Notes: generated by a model not told the origin, from the letters alone. 64,000 nt of DNA from Chloroflexota bacterium (GCA_002719675.1 PBID01000006.1:22164-86163), one strand, 5' to 3'; positions 1 to 9,255 are shown, counted from the stretch's first letter. Numbers and translations: made by a program.

Positions 1-2422
1 AAATTTTAATTTCGCTGGTTGACTTTGAATTTAGGAAATAATTAATTACTATGCCAGGTTCTGGGTTTTGACCTGAATCTATCATACGTAAATATGGGTT
101 GCCTAATTCATCTTTATCGTTGTAAAAAGTGGCTTGGCTACCTAAACTTAACATATAAACTTTTCCAGGAGCCCCGACAGATTTTTTATTTAATGGACTG
201 ATAGAAACTCGATATTTATCAGTAGGTTTAAATAACATGTTTTCTGCCGAAGGATTTTTGCTGGACAATTGTCTGATTAAATTAAGGTTTTCAAGAATCC
301 AAAAAGATCTTCCATTAGTTGAAACAATTAATTCATCTTCCTTAACAGCCATGTCAGTAATTGATACAGTAGGTAAGTTTAATTTCAGTGGATTCCAGTT
401 TGCACCATCATCGGAAGAAAAATATACACCTGATTCTGTTCCTGCATAAAGTAAACCAGGAATTTCAGGATCTTCGCGTATCACTCTGGTGTAATCATTT
501 CTTCCAATTCCTGAGTCAATACGAGTCCAAGATTTTCCGTTATTTTTTGTTCTGAACAAGTATGGTTGATTGTCACCAAATTTATACATTGTGCATGAAA
601 TGTAGGCTTTGTTTGCATTGTGCTTGGATGTTTCTATAATATCTATTCGAGCCCAATCAGGTAGTTCTTGAGGAGTAACATTTTTCCAATTTTTCGATCC
701 ATCAGTGGAAACATGAATCAATCCATCATCTGAACCCGTCCACAAAGTGTTTTCGTCGTGATTAGACTCAGCAAAAGAAAATATTGTGCAATAATGCTCA
801 ACCATAGTAGTGTCAAGAGTTATTGGGCCACCAGAAGCTTGAAGTTTTGAAGGATCATTCCTAGTTAGGTCAGGACTTATTTGTTTCCAACTTTGACCTT
901 CATTAGTTGATTCGAATAGAACATTTCCTGCTACAAACAGTTTTTTGTTGTTGTATTTAGAAAAAACGATTGGATATGTCCATTGGAATCTGAACTTAAG
1001 GTCTACTGGTCCAAATCCCCAACTAAATTCAGGCCAAACTGACACTATTCTAGTTTCGTCAGCGGAGTGATCATATCTCAGTAGAGAATCTCCACCTCCC
1101 GGTGAACTTCCAATTGCACCAGAATATACAATGTTGTGGTCATTTGGATCTACAGCAATATGTCCACTTTCAGAAGTGCCAACTGAATAACAATCTTTCC
1201 AGGTAATTGCACCTCCATTGGTTCTGCTAGGTACACTTATTGCGCTATTATCTTGTTGTGTTGCGTAAACCCTATATGGGAATTGGTCATCTGTTGTTAA
1301 ATGATAAAATTGAGATGTTAATTGATTATATATTGTTGACCAAGTTGATCCTCCGTTAAATGAGACACATGCACCTCCGTCGTTTCCTTCGATCATTCTG
1401 TTTGTATCATTTGGGTCTATCCAAAGATCATGGTTGTCGCCGTGCGGAGTACTAACGGGTTCAAATGTTTTTCCACCATCTATTGATTTTAGCATTCTTA
1501 AGTTTAAAACATAAACTGTATCAGCATTTTTTGGGTCTGCGAAGACGTGACAATAGTACCAGGGTCTTTGAATCAAATTTTTATCTTCAGATATAAGCTC
1601 CCAGTTGTCTCCATAATCATCTGATCTATATAATCCACCTGATTTTTTATTTTCTATTATTGCCCAAATCCTACCATCTTTAGCAGGAGAATATGCTATT
1701 CCAATTCTTCCGTTGATTCCTTTGGGGAGACCATTGTTTTTTGTAATGTCAATCCATGTTTCACCACGATCAACAGATTTCCATATACCACTTTCTGGGC
1801 CTCCACTAGTGAAAGTCCATGGTTCTCGTTTTGCTTGCCACATAGCTGCGAATATTATTCTGGAATTTTTCGGGTTAATTGATAGGTCAATTCCTCCTGT
1901 ATTAGGGCTTTTATACAGCACTTTTTTCCAATTATTACCACCATCTACAGATTTGAAGATACCTCGTTCTTTATTTGGGCCAAAAGCATGTCCCAGTGCT
2001 GAAACATACAATATATTATGATCGTTAGGATCAATTCTAATTCTAGAGATATGTTGTGTGTCTTTTAATCCGATATTTTCCCATGTTTTTCCACCATCAG
2101 TAGTTTTATATACTCCGTCTCCCTGGCAAAGGTTACCTCGAATACAGGCTTCACCAGTACCTACATATATAACGTTTGGATCAGATTGTGAAATTTCAAT
2201 TGCGCCTATAGATGCACTGGTAAAAAATCCATCTGAAATATTTTCCCAATATGTTCCCCCGTCTTCAGTCTTCCAGACACCACCACCACTTGCGCCAAAA
2301 TAAAATACCATTTTTTTTGTTGGGTGACCTGCTACAGCTATTACTCTTCCTCCACGAGGAGGGCCTATACATCGCCACTTCATTGTGTCTAAAAGTTTTG
2401 TGTTAATAGTTTTTGTAGGCAT
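1..2422 (-). CDS. BNR/Asp-box repeat beta-propeller protein (sortilin/VPS10-like 'BNR repeat glycosyl hydrolase' family). N-terminal ~807 codons; the 3' end runs off the window.
   Basis: The minus-strand frame is open from the ATG at 2422-2420 (SD-like AAGGAAG just upstream) to position 1. It is absent from the ORF track because no stop lies in the window. Hand translation gives MPTKTINTKLLDTMKWRCIGPPRGGRVIAVAGHPTKKMVFYFGASGGGVWKTEDGGTYWENISDGFF, then repeated Asp-box motifs (VYKTTDGGKTWENIG, FKSVDGGNNWKK). The + strand ORFs at 237-2303 are shadows of this gene. Confidence 0.8.
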   Translation of the reverse strand, partial: MPTKTINTKLLDTMKWRCIGPPRGGRVIAVAGHPTKKMVFYFGASGGGVWKTEDGGTYWENISDGFFTSASIGAIEISQSDPNVIYVGTGEACIRGNLCQGDGVYKTTDGGKTWENIGLKDTQHISRIRIDPNDHNILYVSALGHAFGPNKERGIFKSVDGGNNWKKVLYKSPNTGGIDLSINPKNSRIIFAAMWQAKREPWTFTSGGPESGIWKSVDRGETWIDITKNNGLPKGINGRIGIAYSPAKDGRIWAIIENKKSGGLYRSDDYGDNWELISEDKNLIQRPWYYCHVFADPKNADTVYVLNLRMLKSIDGGKTFEPVSTPHGDNHDLWIDPNDTNRMIEGNDGGACVSFNGGSTWSTIYNQLTSQFYHLTTDDQFPYRVYATQQDNSAISVPSRTNGGAITWKDCYSVGTSESGHIAVDPNDHNIVYSGAIGSSPGGGDSLLRYDHSADETRIVSVWPEFSWGFGPVDLKFRFQWTYPIVFSKYNNKKLFVAGNVLFESTNEGQSWKQISPDLTRNDPSKLQASGGPITLDTTMVEHYCTIFSFAESNHDENTLWTGSDDGLIHVSTDGSKNWKNVTPQELPDWARIDIIETSKHNANKAYISCTMYKFGDNQPYLFRTKNNGKSWTRIDSGIGRNDYTRVIREDPEIPGLLYAGTESGVYFSSDDGANWNPLKLNLPTVSITDMAVKEDELIVSTNGRSFWILENLNLIRQLSSKNPSAENMLFKPTDKYRVSISPLNKKSVGAPGKVYMLSLGSQATFYNDKDELGNPYLRMIDSGQNPEPGIVINYFLNSKSTSEIKI

Positions 2423-2526
2423 ATTTACTTCCTTATTTCAAAGTCGGTATCTTCGCATGGGTTCAATTACTAGTCAATACATAAGAAATTTCAAATTGAT
2501 CTATTTTCCTAAATCATGGTTAGCAT

Positions 2527-3030
2527 TTATTCATATTCCGTCGCAATCAAGCATATGACAGGCGAGTTTTTTTCATACGCTTCTTTGAAAGCTTTTGAAA
2601 TCAATCCAATTTCGGAGTTGTTTTTTATTGTGAAATATTTTATTCCCCATGCCTGTATTATGGGTTCTGTATATTTTGCAGCAGAATCTGTGAAATTTTT
2701 GCTTTCATTCCAACCTCTATATCCCACCAAAATGACCATAGGTATTTTGAGGTCAACACACATCCCTCTGATAGAATCGCCAGATTCAAACATTCCTGTA
2801 TTTTGAATCATGATTATTGGCTTTTTACCACCTATCCATAAGCCAGCGGCAATTGGCATACTTTCTGCTTCACGACAAATAGGAATAATATCTATTTCAG
2901 GGTCTTGATCAATAAGTTTGTAAAGAAAGCTTGTTTCTGTGTCTGGCAGCCAAACCACGTGGCTTATATTATTCTGATGGAGTTCATTTTGTAGAATATT
3001 TGGATTTAAGTTTTGCCCTTTTGTTGTCAT
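2527..3030 (-). CDS. Thiamine-diphosphate enzyme PYR-domain protein, sulfopyruvate decarboxylase alpha-subunit (ComD)-like
   Basis: About 167 aa with the ComD/TPP_enzyme_N pattern (HVVWLPDTETSFLYKLI, IPICREAESMPIAAGLWIGGKKPIIMIQNTGMFESGD, IPMVILVGYRG). The ATG at 3030 follows GGAGG by 8 nt. The track ORF extends to 3045 and overlaps the upstream stop. No beta (PP-domain) subunit is adjacent. Confidence 0.65.
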   Translation of the reverse strand: MTTKGQNLNPNILQNELHQNNISHVVWLPDTETSFLYKLIDQDPEIDIIPICREAESMPIAAGLWIGGKKPIIMIQNTGMFESGDSIRGMCVDLKIPMVILVGYRGWNESKNFTDSAAKYTEPIIQAWGIKYFTIKNNSEIGLISKAFKEAYEKNSPVICLIATEYE

Positions 3031-3035
3031 AAGGT

Positions 3036-3824
3036 CTACCTCCATTTTTCTGCATTGTCATTGGGGATATATCCAATTTTAGTTTCTGAATCTTTGATAT
3101 CCCAAAATCTCCATTTATTGTTTGATACTCCATAAAAAATTTCATATTTTAAATCAGAAGATGCATTAATTGATTTTTCAATTAATTGTATTAAATCATT
3201 GTGAGTAAGAAGTGTTGCGAAGCTTCTTATTCCTGTAGTTCCCTCTGAATCTACGGGTTTGTTTTCTAAATTAACTGTTCCTATTCTAATGCAAATTATA
3301 GATGTGTTAAATTTTTCCGAAAAATATTTTCCTATAGATTCGCCAGTAGATTTTCCTATTCCGTAGGGGCTATCTGGTCTGTTTGGCATCTTAGTTGTAA
3401 TGTAAGGAATTTTGCTTTCTTTCGGATAATTTCCAGAAACAATATTTTTATAAGGGTAGTCGTTTTCATACATCCCAGTGACATGGTTAGAACTTGCAAA
3501 AATCACTCGTTTTATACCAGATTCAGATGCAGATTTAATTACATTGTAAGTCGATTGAATATTATTTGCATAAACTTTTTCCCATGGTGTATTTGTTGAT
3601 GCGTGTGCGGCAAGATCAATAACAACATCATATCCTTCAAATATTTTTTCCATATCTTTATTACTTGCAGTATTAATAGATACAGAAGGTATTTTAGTAC
3701 TTTGTTTTAAATCGATACCCAGAATTTCATATTTATTTTTTAGATTTTCAGACAAGATTGACCCAATTAAACCATTGCAACCTGTGATAATTAATTTTAA
3801 TTTTTTTTTGTGTGACATAGACAT
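3036..3824 (-). CDS. NAD(P)-dependent epimerase/dehydratase (extended SDR family)
   Basis: Rossmann motif ITGCNGLIGS near the N-terminus and catalytic YxxxK (YGIGK). Only a 3-nt gap to the upstream gene. Confidence 0.75.
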   Translation of the reverse strand: MSMSHKKKLKLIITGCNGLIGSILSENLKNKYEILGIDLKQSTKIPSVSINTASNKDMEKIFEGYDVVIDLAAHASTNTPWEKVYANNIQSTYNVIKSASESGIKRVIFASSNHVTGMYENDYPYKNIVSGNYPKESKIPYITTKMPNRPDSPYGIGKSTGESIGKYFSEKFNTSIICIRIGTVNLENKPVDSEGTTGIRSFATLLTHNDLIQLIEKSINASSDLKYEIFYGVSNNKWRFWDIKDSETKIGYIPNDNAEKWR

Positions 3825-3827
3825 AAA

Positions 3828-4658
3828 TTATTTCTCATTCTTCCATTTAACCAATTCTTTGATTCCGCCAAAAGGGAAAAAATGTAAATTGTCATAATTT
3901 TTAAGATTGTTAATGATTTCGTTTGGATTGTGTTGGATCAAATTTCTTAATTCTAAATTTTTGTTTTTTGCTATGATCAATGAAGCTGAAACACCACAAA
4001 TTTTTGCGTATTTAATTAGAGTAATTATTTTTGCAGGACCCGCAATGCCAATATGAACATCAAGAGATCCTCTACCAATTAATTTCATTTTTCTTTTTAT
4101 GTTTTGTATCCAATCGTTTGTTTTTTTTATGTCAAATGTCCATTGAGAAACTATCGAGCAATTAAACTCATTTTCAATAATCCACTCATGTTTTTTAAAT
4201 AAATTTTCGTCGGAATTTTCATCGAATGGGTTTCCTTCAGGGTGGCCTGCAATATTAATCTGGTTAAAGCTGTATTTATCAAAAAGATCTGTGTCAAATA
4301 AATCAAAAGTTTTTTCAAAGTTTCCTATTTGTTTGCCACTACCCCCGATAGCTAAAATTTTTTCCACACCTATGTCAGAAAGTTGGGATAAATATAAATC
4401 CAATTCTTTTTTATTTGAAATACTTCTGGCAGGTACGTGAGGGACAGGTTTGAAACCTTGGTTAATAATATATTTTGAAGCAGAAACTATATTAGTAAAT
4501 GATTCACCTGGGATATATGCTATATATACATCACCGAACAAGTTTTTTGGCAAATTTGCAATTCTGTCTACTTGTTTAGGAATTATTTCTAAAGAATTTT
4601 TTTTCATTTTCATTTGTCTAGTTTTAAATACAGGTAACTTTTTTAGTGAAATTGTCAA
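3828..4658 (-). CDS. Methylenetetrahydrofolate reductase-like protein (MetF family, divergent)
   Basis: MTHFR-like motif series PHVPAR, ILAIGGSG, NIAGHPEGNP, HIGIAGP across a 276-aa TIM-barrel-sized protein. First gene of a 3-gene minus-strand operon. Confidence 0.55.
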   Translation of the reverse strand: MTISLKKLPVFKTRQMKMKKNSLEIIPKQVDRIANLPKNLFGDVYIAYIPGESFTNIVSASKYIINQGFKPVPHVPARSISNKKELDLYLSQLSDIGVEKILAIGGSGKQIGNFEKTFDLFDTDLFDKYSFNQINIAGHPEGNPFDENSDENLFKKHEWIIENEFNCSIVSQWTFDIKKTNDWIQNIKRKMKLIGRGSLDVHIGIAGPAKIITLIKYAKICGVSASLIIAKNKNLELRNLIQHNPNEIINNLKNYDNLHFFPFGGIKELVKWKNEK

Positions 4659-4877
4659 ATTTTAATTTAATTATAATAATCTTTATGCTTAAAATCTTTT
4701 TTTTAGATATATTTATAAATTTTTTGATTATTTTTTTCACAATCTCATAATTATTAACACCTTACTTGACTATCTGCTAAATTGACTGCTAAACTCACCC
4801 ATAAACCTACCAATTTTGGTTCAGTTTTGAAATTTAATGAATTATTTAGAAAATTTAATTTTTAATGGGAGAGTACT

Positions 4878-5537
4878 TTGGCTAACGATCTAATCAAAAA
4901 AATCCATTCAGTAATTAGTGAAAAAAGTTTATTGAAACATCCTTTTTATGAGGCTTGGAACTGTGGAGAACTACCTATAGAGTCAATGAGGAAATATGCC
5001 GAACAATATTATCATTTTGAGAAAGCGTATCCACGTTTTTTGAGCAATGTTCATTCTAGGTGTGATGACCGAAATGTTAGACAATTGTTGCTGGAAAATC
5101 TTTGGGACGAAGAACATGGTGAAGATAATCACGTAGAACTATGGTTAAGATTTTGTGATGCTATTGGTCTTGATCGTACTCAAGTAGAAAATTCTGCACC
5201 TGATAATTCTACCAAAGAATTGATTGATTCTTTTCTAGATTTGACCTCAAATCGTTCCTTGGCAGGTGGGGCTTCTGCGCTTTTTGCTTTCGAATCACAG
5301 GTTCCAGAAGTAGCTGATACTAAAATTGCAGGTCTAAAAAGTTTTTATGGCATTGAAGATAAAAGAGGGATTAGCTTTTTCAAAGTACATAGAGATTTAG
5401 ATATAGAACATTCTGATGCTGAAGCTGAAATGATTAATTCTTTGGCTACTACAGAACAAGAAGAAAATGATGCTGTAGACTCTGCTGATATTGCTGCAAA
5501 TAGTTTGTGGAATTTTTTGGATGGTGTTTATAAGTAA
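4878..5537 (+). CDS. CADD/CT610-family heme-oxygenase-like di-metal oxygenase (putative p-aminobenzoate synthase; TenA/PqqC superfamily)
   Basis: TTG start after GGGAGAG. Motifs match CADD as I remember it: HPFYEAWNCGEL, YAEQYYHFEKAYPRFLSNVHSRCDD, LLLENLWDEEHGEDNHVELWLRF, SLAGGASALFAFESQVP, FFKVHRDLDIEH. Confidence 0.7.
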   Translation: MANDLIKKIHSVISEKSLLKHPFYEAWNCGELPIESMRKYAEQYYHFEKAYPRFLSNVHSRCDDRNVRQLLLENLWDEEHGEDNHVELWLRFCDAIGLDRTQVENSAPDNSTKELIDSFLDLTSNRSLAGGASALFAFESQVPEVADTKIAGLKSFYGIEDKRGISFFKVHRDLDIEHSDAEAEMINSLATTEQEENDAVDSADIAANSLWNFLDGVYK

Positions 5538-5551
5538 TTCCAAAATTTTTA

Positions 5552-5823
5552 ATGGTCACAAAAGAAAATAATTTACAAAAACCTAATGTTATATTAATTT
5601 CAAGCTGATTTATTATCCAGTTGGTAATATTTTTCAGTTGTTTAATCTTAAAGAAGACCCAAATGAATTAAAAGATGTTTCAAATTTTAAGAAATTTTTT
5701 GAAATTAAAAAAAGTTTGATTCAAAAGTTGGTTAATTCACTTTATGGTTCTTATCTTGATTGGGCTTCAGACGGTAATTTGTTAGGGTTAACTGACTATA
5801 AAATGGGATGGATATTTACCTGA
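5552..5823 (+). pseudogene. Collapsed sulfatase relic: an N-terminal 18-codon stub plus a C-terminal ~78-codon fragment in another frame
   Basis: 5552-5608 encodes MVTKENNLQKPNVILISS*, which resembles a sulfatase N-terminus (KPNxIL). A second frame open from 5587 encodes ...YYPVGNIFQLFNLKEDPNELKDVSNFKKF...; LxDLxxDPxELxNL is the hallmark sulfatase C-terminus. The ~400-aa catalytic core is missing. Confidence 0.55.
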
Positions 5824-5916
5824 AAGAGATTTAAGTGGACAAAGAGGGCTTAGATTCAATTAGATTATTTTTTTGCGTTAATATTAGGTTGTTTTATATA
5901 TAAAATGAGGTGATTT

Positions 5917-6750
5917 TTGAAATTTACAAAGATGCATGGTGCAGGTAATGATTACGTTTATGTAGATGCTAGGTCATTAAAAAAAGATTGGTCATCTGTT
6001 GCTGTTTTTGTTAGCAATCGAAATTTTGGTATCGGTTCTGATGGCTTGATTTTGGCTGAAGAATCTGATGTTGCTGATGTGAAAATGTCTATGTATAATT
6101 CAGATGGTTCACAAGGTGAGATGTGTGGTAATGGAATTCGTTGTCTTGTAGCTTTTGCAATTATTAATAACATCGTTTCAAAAAAAGATGTTATATCTGT
6201 AGAGACTCTTGCTGGAGTCAAGAATGTTACACCTGTATACGAAGATGATAAGATCGTTAGGTGTATTGTTAGCATGGGGCTTCCTGAATTTCAAGCATCC
6301 AAGATTCCTGTGAAATTTGATTCTACTGTTCCAATAATAGACGCACCAATAAAAGTTGCTGGGCAATCTTACGAGGTTAGTATGGTTTCTATGGGTAACC
6401 CTCATGCTGTTGTATTTTTAGAATCTCCGGTAGATGATTTTGATTTAACTACTATTGGCCCTAAATTTGAAAATTTAGAAATTTTTCCAAATCGAACAAA
6501 TTTTGAAATTGTTAATATTATTGATGATAATAAATTGAAAGTTCGTGTTTGGGAGAGGGGAAGTGGAATCACATTGGCTTGTGGTACAGGGGCTTGTGCA
6601 GTAGGTGTAATTGCAAGAAATAAAGGGATTATTTCTGATAATGTAAATATATCTTTACCTGGGGGAAATCTATTGGTTCGTTGGGATGGGATATCAGATG
6701 TATATCTTGAGGGTCCAGTAGAGTTAGTTTTTGAAGGTGAAATGTTTTAG
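5917..6750 (+). CDS. dapF: Diaminopimelate epimerase
   Basis: TTG start. N-terminus MKFTKMHGAGNDYVYVD and both catalytic Cys motifs (EMCGNGIRC, LACGTGACA). Confidence 0.93.
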   Translation: MKFTKMHGAGNDYVYVDARSLKKDWSSVAVFVSNRNFGIGSDGLILAEESDVADVKMSMYNSDGSQGEMCGNGIRCLVAFAIINNIVSKKDVISVETLAGVKNVTPVYEDDKIVRCIVSMGLPEFQASKIPVKFDSTVPIIDAPIKVAGQSYEVSMVSMGNPHAVVFLESPVDDFDLTTIGPKFENLEIFPNRTNFEIVNIIDDNKLKVRVWERGSGITLACGTGACAVGVIARNKGIISDNVNISLPGGNLLVRWDGISDVYLEGPVELVFEGEMF

Positions 6751-6809
6751 ATAATTATATAATTATGATAAGTTTTAATTATCATAAATTTTTTTGAATT
6801 GGAGTCAAT

Positions 6810-7982
6810 ATGAAAATTGCTAGCAGAGTAAATCAAGTTCCACCATATTTATTTGTACAAATTAGTAGAAAAATTGCTGAAAAGAAGGCTCAGGGTGTAG
6901 ATGTCATTAGTTTTGGAATTGGTGATCCTGATTTAGCTACGCCACGAGAAATTTTAGATGGTTTATTTGATGCATCTGAGATTCAGGGGAATCATAGATA
7001 TCCCGAAACTGAAGGTTTGCCTGAATTTCGTGTTGCAGTTGCTGAATGGTATAAAGATAGATTTGGAATTCAATTTGACCCAGAGAAAGAAGTTTTGTCT
7101 TTAATTGGAGCTAAAGAAGGTATAGGTCATGCAGCTTTAAGTTTTGTTGAACCTCGTGATATAGCTTTGGTACCTGATCCTGGTTATCCCGTATATTCTG
7201 TTGGTACATTATTTGCTGGAGGTGAGTCTCATTTTCTTCCGTTAAATTCTGAAAATAATTGGTTGCCAGATTTTTCAAAAATCCCTGATGAAATATCCAA
7301 AAAGGCAACAGTATTGTGGATTAACTACCCTAACAATCCTACTGGTGCTATTGCAGATTTAGAATTTTTTGAAGATGTAGTTAAGTTTGCTAAAAAAAAT
7401 GATATTGCTGTGATGCATGACAATTGCTATTCTGAGGTAACATTTGATGGTTATAAACCCCCCAGCTTCTTTGAAGTTGATGGTTCTAAAGATATAGGCT
7501 TAGAGTTTCATTCTTTATCTAAAACTTACAATATGACTGGTTGGAGGATTGGAATGGTTGTAGGTAATCCAGATTTAATTGAAGCTTTGATGATTGTTAA
7601 ATCAAATTTAGATTCTGGAGTTTCTCAAGCAATACAAAATATGGGTATTGCAGCATTAAAGCTTCCAGAGCAGTATATTTCAGATCGAAATAAAATTTAT
7701 CAAAAAAGAAGAGATTCTATTATTGAAGTTTTAACAAGTATTGGTTTGGAAGTTGAAAAAACTAAAGCAAGTTTGTATATTTGGGCAAAGATTCCAGAAG
7801 GATTTACATCAGGTGAACTTTGTGAAATTGTATTAGATCAAACAGGAATAGTCTTTACTCCTGGACTGGGATACGGGGCAAATGGGGAAGGTTATGTTAG
7901 GCTTTCGATTACTATTGATGATTCAGATTTGCAATCTGCTTTAGATAGATTGAATGATTGGACTCCCCCTTGGAATATTTAG
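6810..7982 (+). CDS. dapL: LL-diaminopimelate aminotransferase (DapL-type class I/II aminotransferase)
   Basis: N-terminus VPPYLFVQISRKIAEKKAQGVDVISFGIGDPD and PLP-lysine context HSLSKTYNMTGWRIG. Sits immediately downstream of dapF. Confidence 0.75.
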   Translation: MKIASRVNQVPPYLFVQISRKIAEKKAQGVDVISFGIGDPDLATPREILDGLFDASEIQGNHRYPETEGLPEFRVAVAEWYKDRFGIQFDPEKEVLSLIGAKEGIGHAALSFVEPRDIALVPDPGYPVYSVGTLFAGGESHFLPLNSENNWLPDFSKIPDEISKKATVLWINYPNNPTGAIADLEFFEDVVKFAKKNDIAVMHDNCYSEVTFDGYKPPSFFEVDGSKDIGLEFHSLSKTYNMTGWRIGMVVGNPDLIEALMIVKSNLDSGVSQAIQNMGIAALKLPEQYISDRNKIYQKRRDSIIEVLTSIGLEVEKTKASLYIWAKIPEGFTSGELCEIVLDQTGIVFTPGLGYGANGEGYVRLSITIDDSDLQSALDRLNDWTPPWNI

Positions 7983-8036
7983 GGTTTTAAAATCACTCAT
8001 GCTTAGAAGCTTTAATTAATTTGATAAGGATTTGAA

Positions 8037-9179
8037 ATTCCCAGACGAAATATTAGTACAAAAAGAAAATCTGAACGAGCATATTTGATTTGTGCTGATA
8101 CTGGCTTAAACAATGGAATCTTATCACCTAAAGAGTCTATAGAAGAACTACGTGAATTAGCTAGAAGTGCGGGTGCTGTAGTTGTGGGCAGCTTAATCCA
8201 AAAAGTTAAAAAGCCTAGCAGGAACTATTTGGGCTTAGGGAAAATAGAACTTTTGGTATCTCTTGCTAATTCCGGTAAATTTGACACTATTATTTCTGAT
8301 GATGAATTAACTCCTACTCAGCAAAAGAATTTAGAATCTTTTTTTGGAGGAAAAATTAAAGTTATCGATCGAACTGCTTTGATTTTAGATATTTTTTCCA
8401 GCAGAGCTCATACTAGAGAGGGTAAACTGCAGGTAGAATTGGCTCAAGCTGAATATTTATTACCTAGATTGGCAGGCCAATGGTCTCATTTGGAAAGACT
8501 GGGTGGTGGTATAGGTACAAGAGGTCCAGGTGAAACTCAAATAGAAACAGACAGAAGGTTAGTAAGAGCAAAGATTTCTAGAGTGAAAAAGTCTCTAAAT
8601 TCTGTAATGACTCATAGGAAAATGCATCGTTCACGTAGGTTAGAATTTGGATTGCCTGTTTTTTCTTTGGTTGGATATACAAATGCTGGTAAAAGTACTC
8701 TAATTAATTTATTAACTACTGCGAAAGTTAAATCTCAGGATCTTTTATTTTCCACACTTGATCCAACCACAAGAAAATTAAGATTGCCGTCTGGTGCTAA
8801 TATTTTACTTACAGATACTGTAGGTTTTATACAAAAATTACCTCCTACAGTTGTAGCAGCATTTCGTGCAACTTTGGAAGAGATAGTTGAATCTTCTGTA
8901 ATTGTGCATGTAGTTGATATATCCCATCCTTTTGCTGGAACTCAACATGATGTTGTAAACAAAATTTTAAATAGTGATTTGGGTTTAAATCAAAAACCCG
9001 TAATTACAGTGCTAAACAAAGTTGACAAGATTTCAGATTCTACAGATCAGGATTCGTTTTTAAAAAGTTTTGATCATCAATTTGCAAATTTGGTTGTTGT
9101 TTCTGCATTAAAAGAAATTGGAATTGAAGATCTTTTGAATCTATTCGAAAAAATGTTAGATGAAAAAAAATCAGTTTAA
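8037..9179 (+). CDS. hflX: GTPase HflX
   Basis: HflX N-domain (REGKLQVELAQAEYLLPRL, GGGIGTRGPGETQIETDRR) and G motifs GYTNAGKSTL, DTVGF, NKVD. The start is uncertain. The frame opens at 8028 after a TAA. The first canonical start is TTG 8085, which clips the conserved ERAYLIC strand. In-frame ATT 8037 lies 6 nt after AAGGA. Confidence 0.9.
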   Translation: MPRRNISTKRKSERAYLICADTGLNNGILSPKESIEELRELARSAGAVVVGSLIQKVKKPSRNYLGLGKIELLVSLANSGKFDTIISDDELTPTQQKNLESFFGGKIKVIDRTALILDIFSSRAHTREGKLQVELAQAEYLLPRLAGQWSHLERLGGGIGTRGPGETQIETDRRLVRAKISRVKKSLNSVMTHRKMHRSRRLEFGLPVFSLVGYTNAGKSTLINLLTTAKVKSQDLLFSTLDPTTRKLRLPSGANILLTDTVGFIQKLPPTVVAAFRATLEEIVESSVIVHVVDISHPFAGTQHDVVNKILNSDLGLNQKPVITVLNKVDKISDSTDQDSFLKSFDHQFANLVVVSALKEIGIEDLLNLFEKMLDEKKSV

Positions 9180-9226
9180 TTTTTATGAAATTATTTTTTA
9201 TTGCAGATAAGTTCAATTTGATAATA

Positions 9227-9255
9227 TTGACCCTTGTTTGATGATTAGTTAGAAT
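9227..9255 (+). promoter_or_regulatory. Sigma70-type promoter for the tRNA-tuf cluster
   Basis: TTGACC (9227-9232), a 17-nt spacer, then TAGAAT (9250-9255). This is ~60 nt upstream of tRNA-Thr. Confidence 0.5.

Noticed and set aside
237-2303. Three + strand ORFs (70-102 aa) listed in the ORF track
   Set aside because: They lie antisense to a continuous minus-strand reading frame encoding a recognisable BNR/Asp-box protein. Their Pro/Ser/Phe-rich translations look like shadow ORFs.
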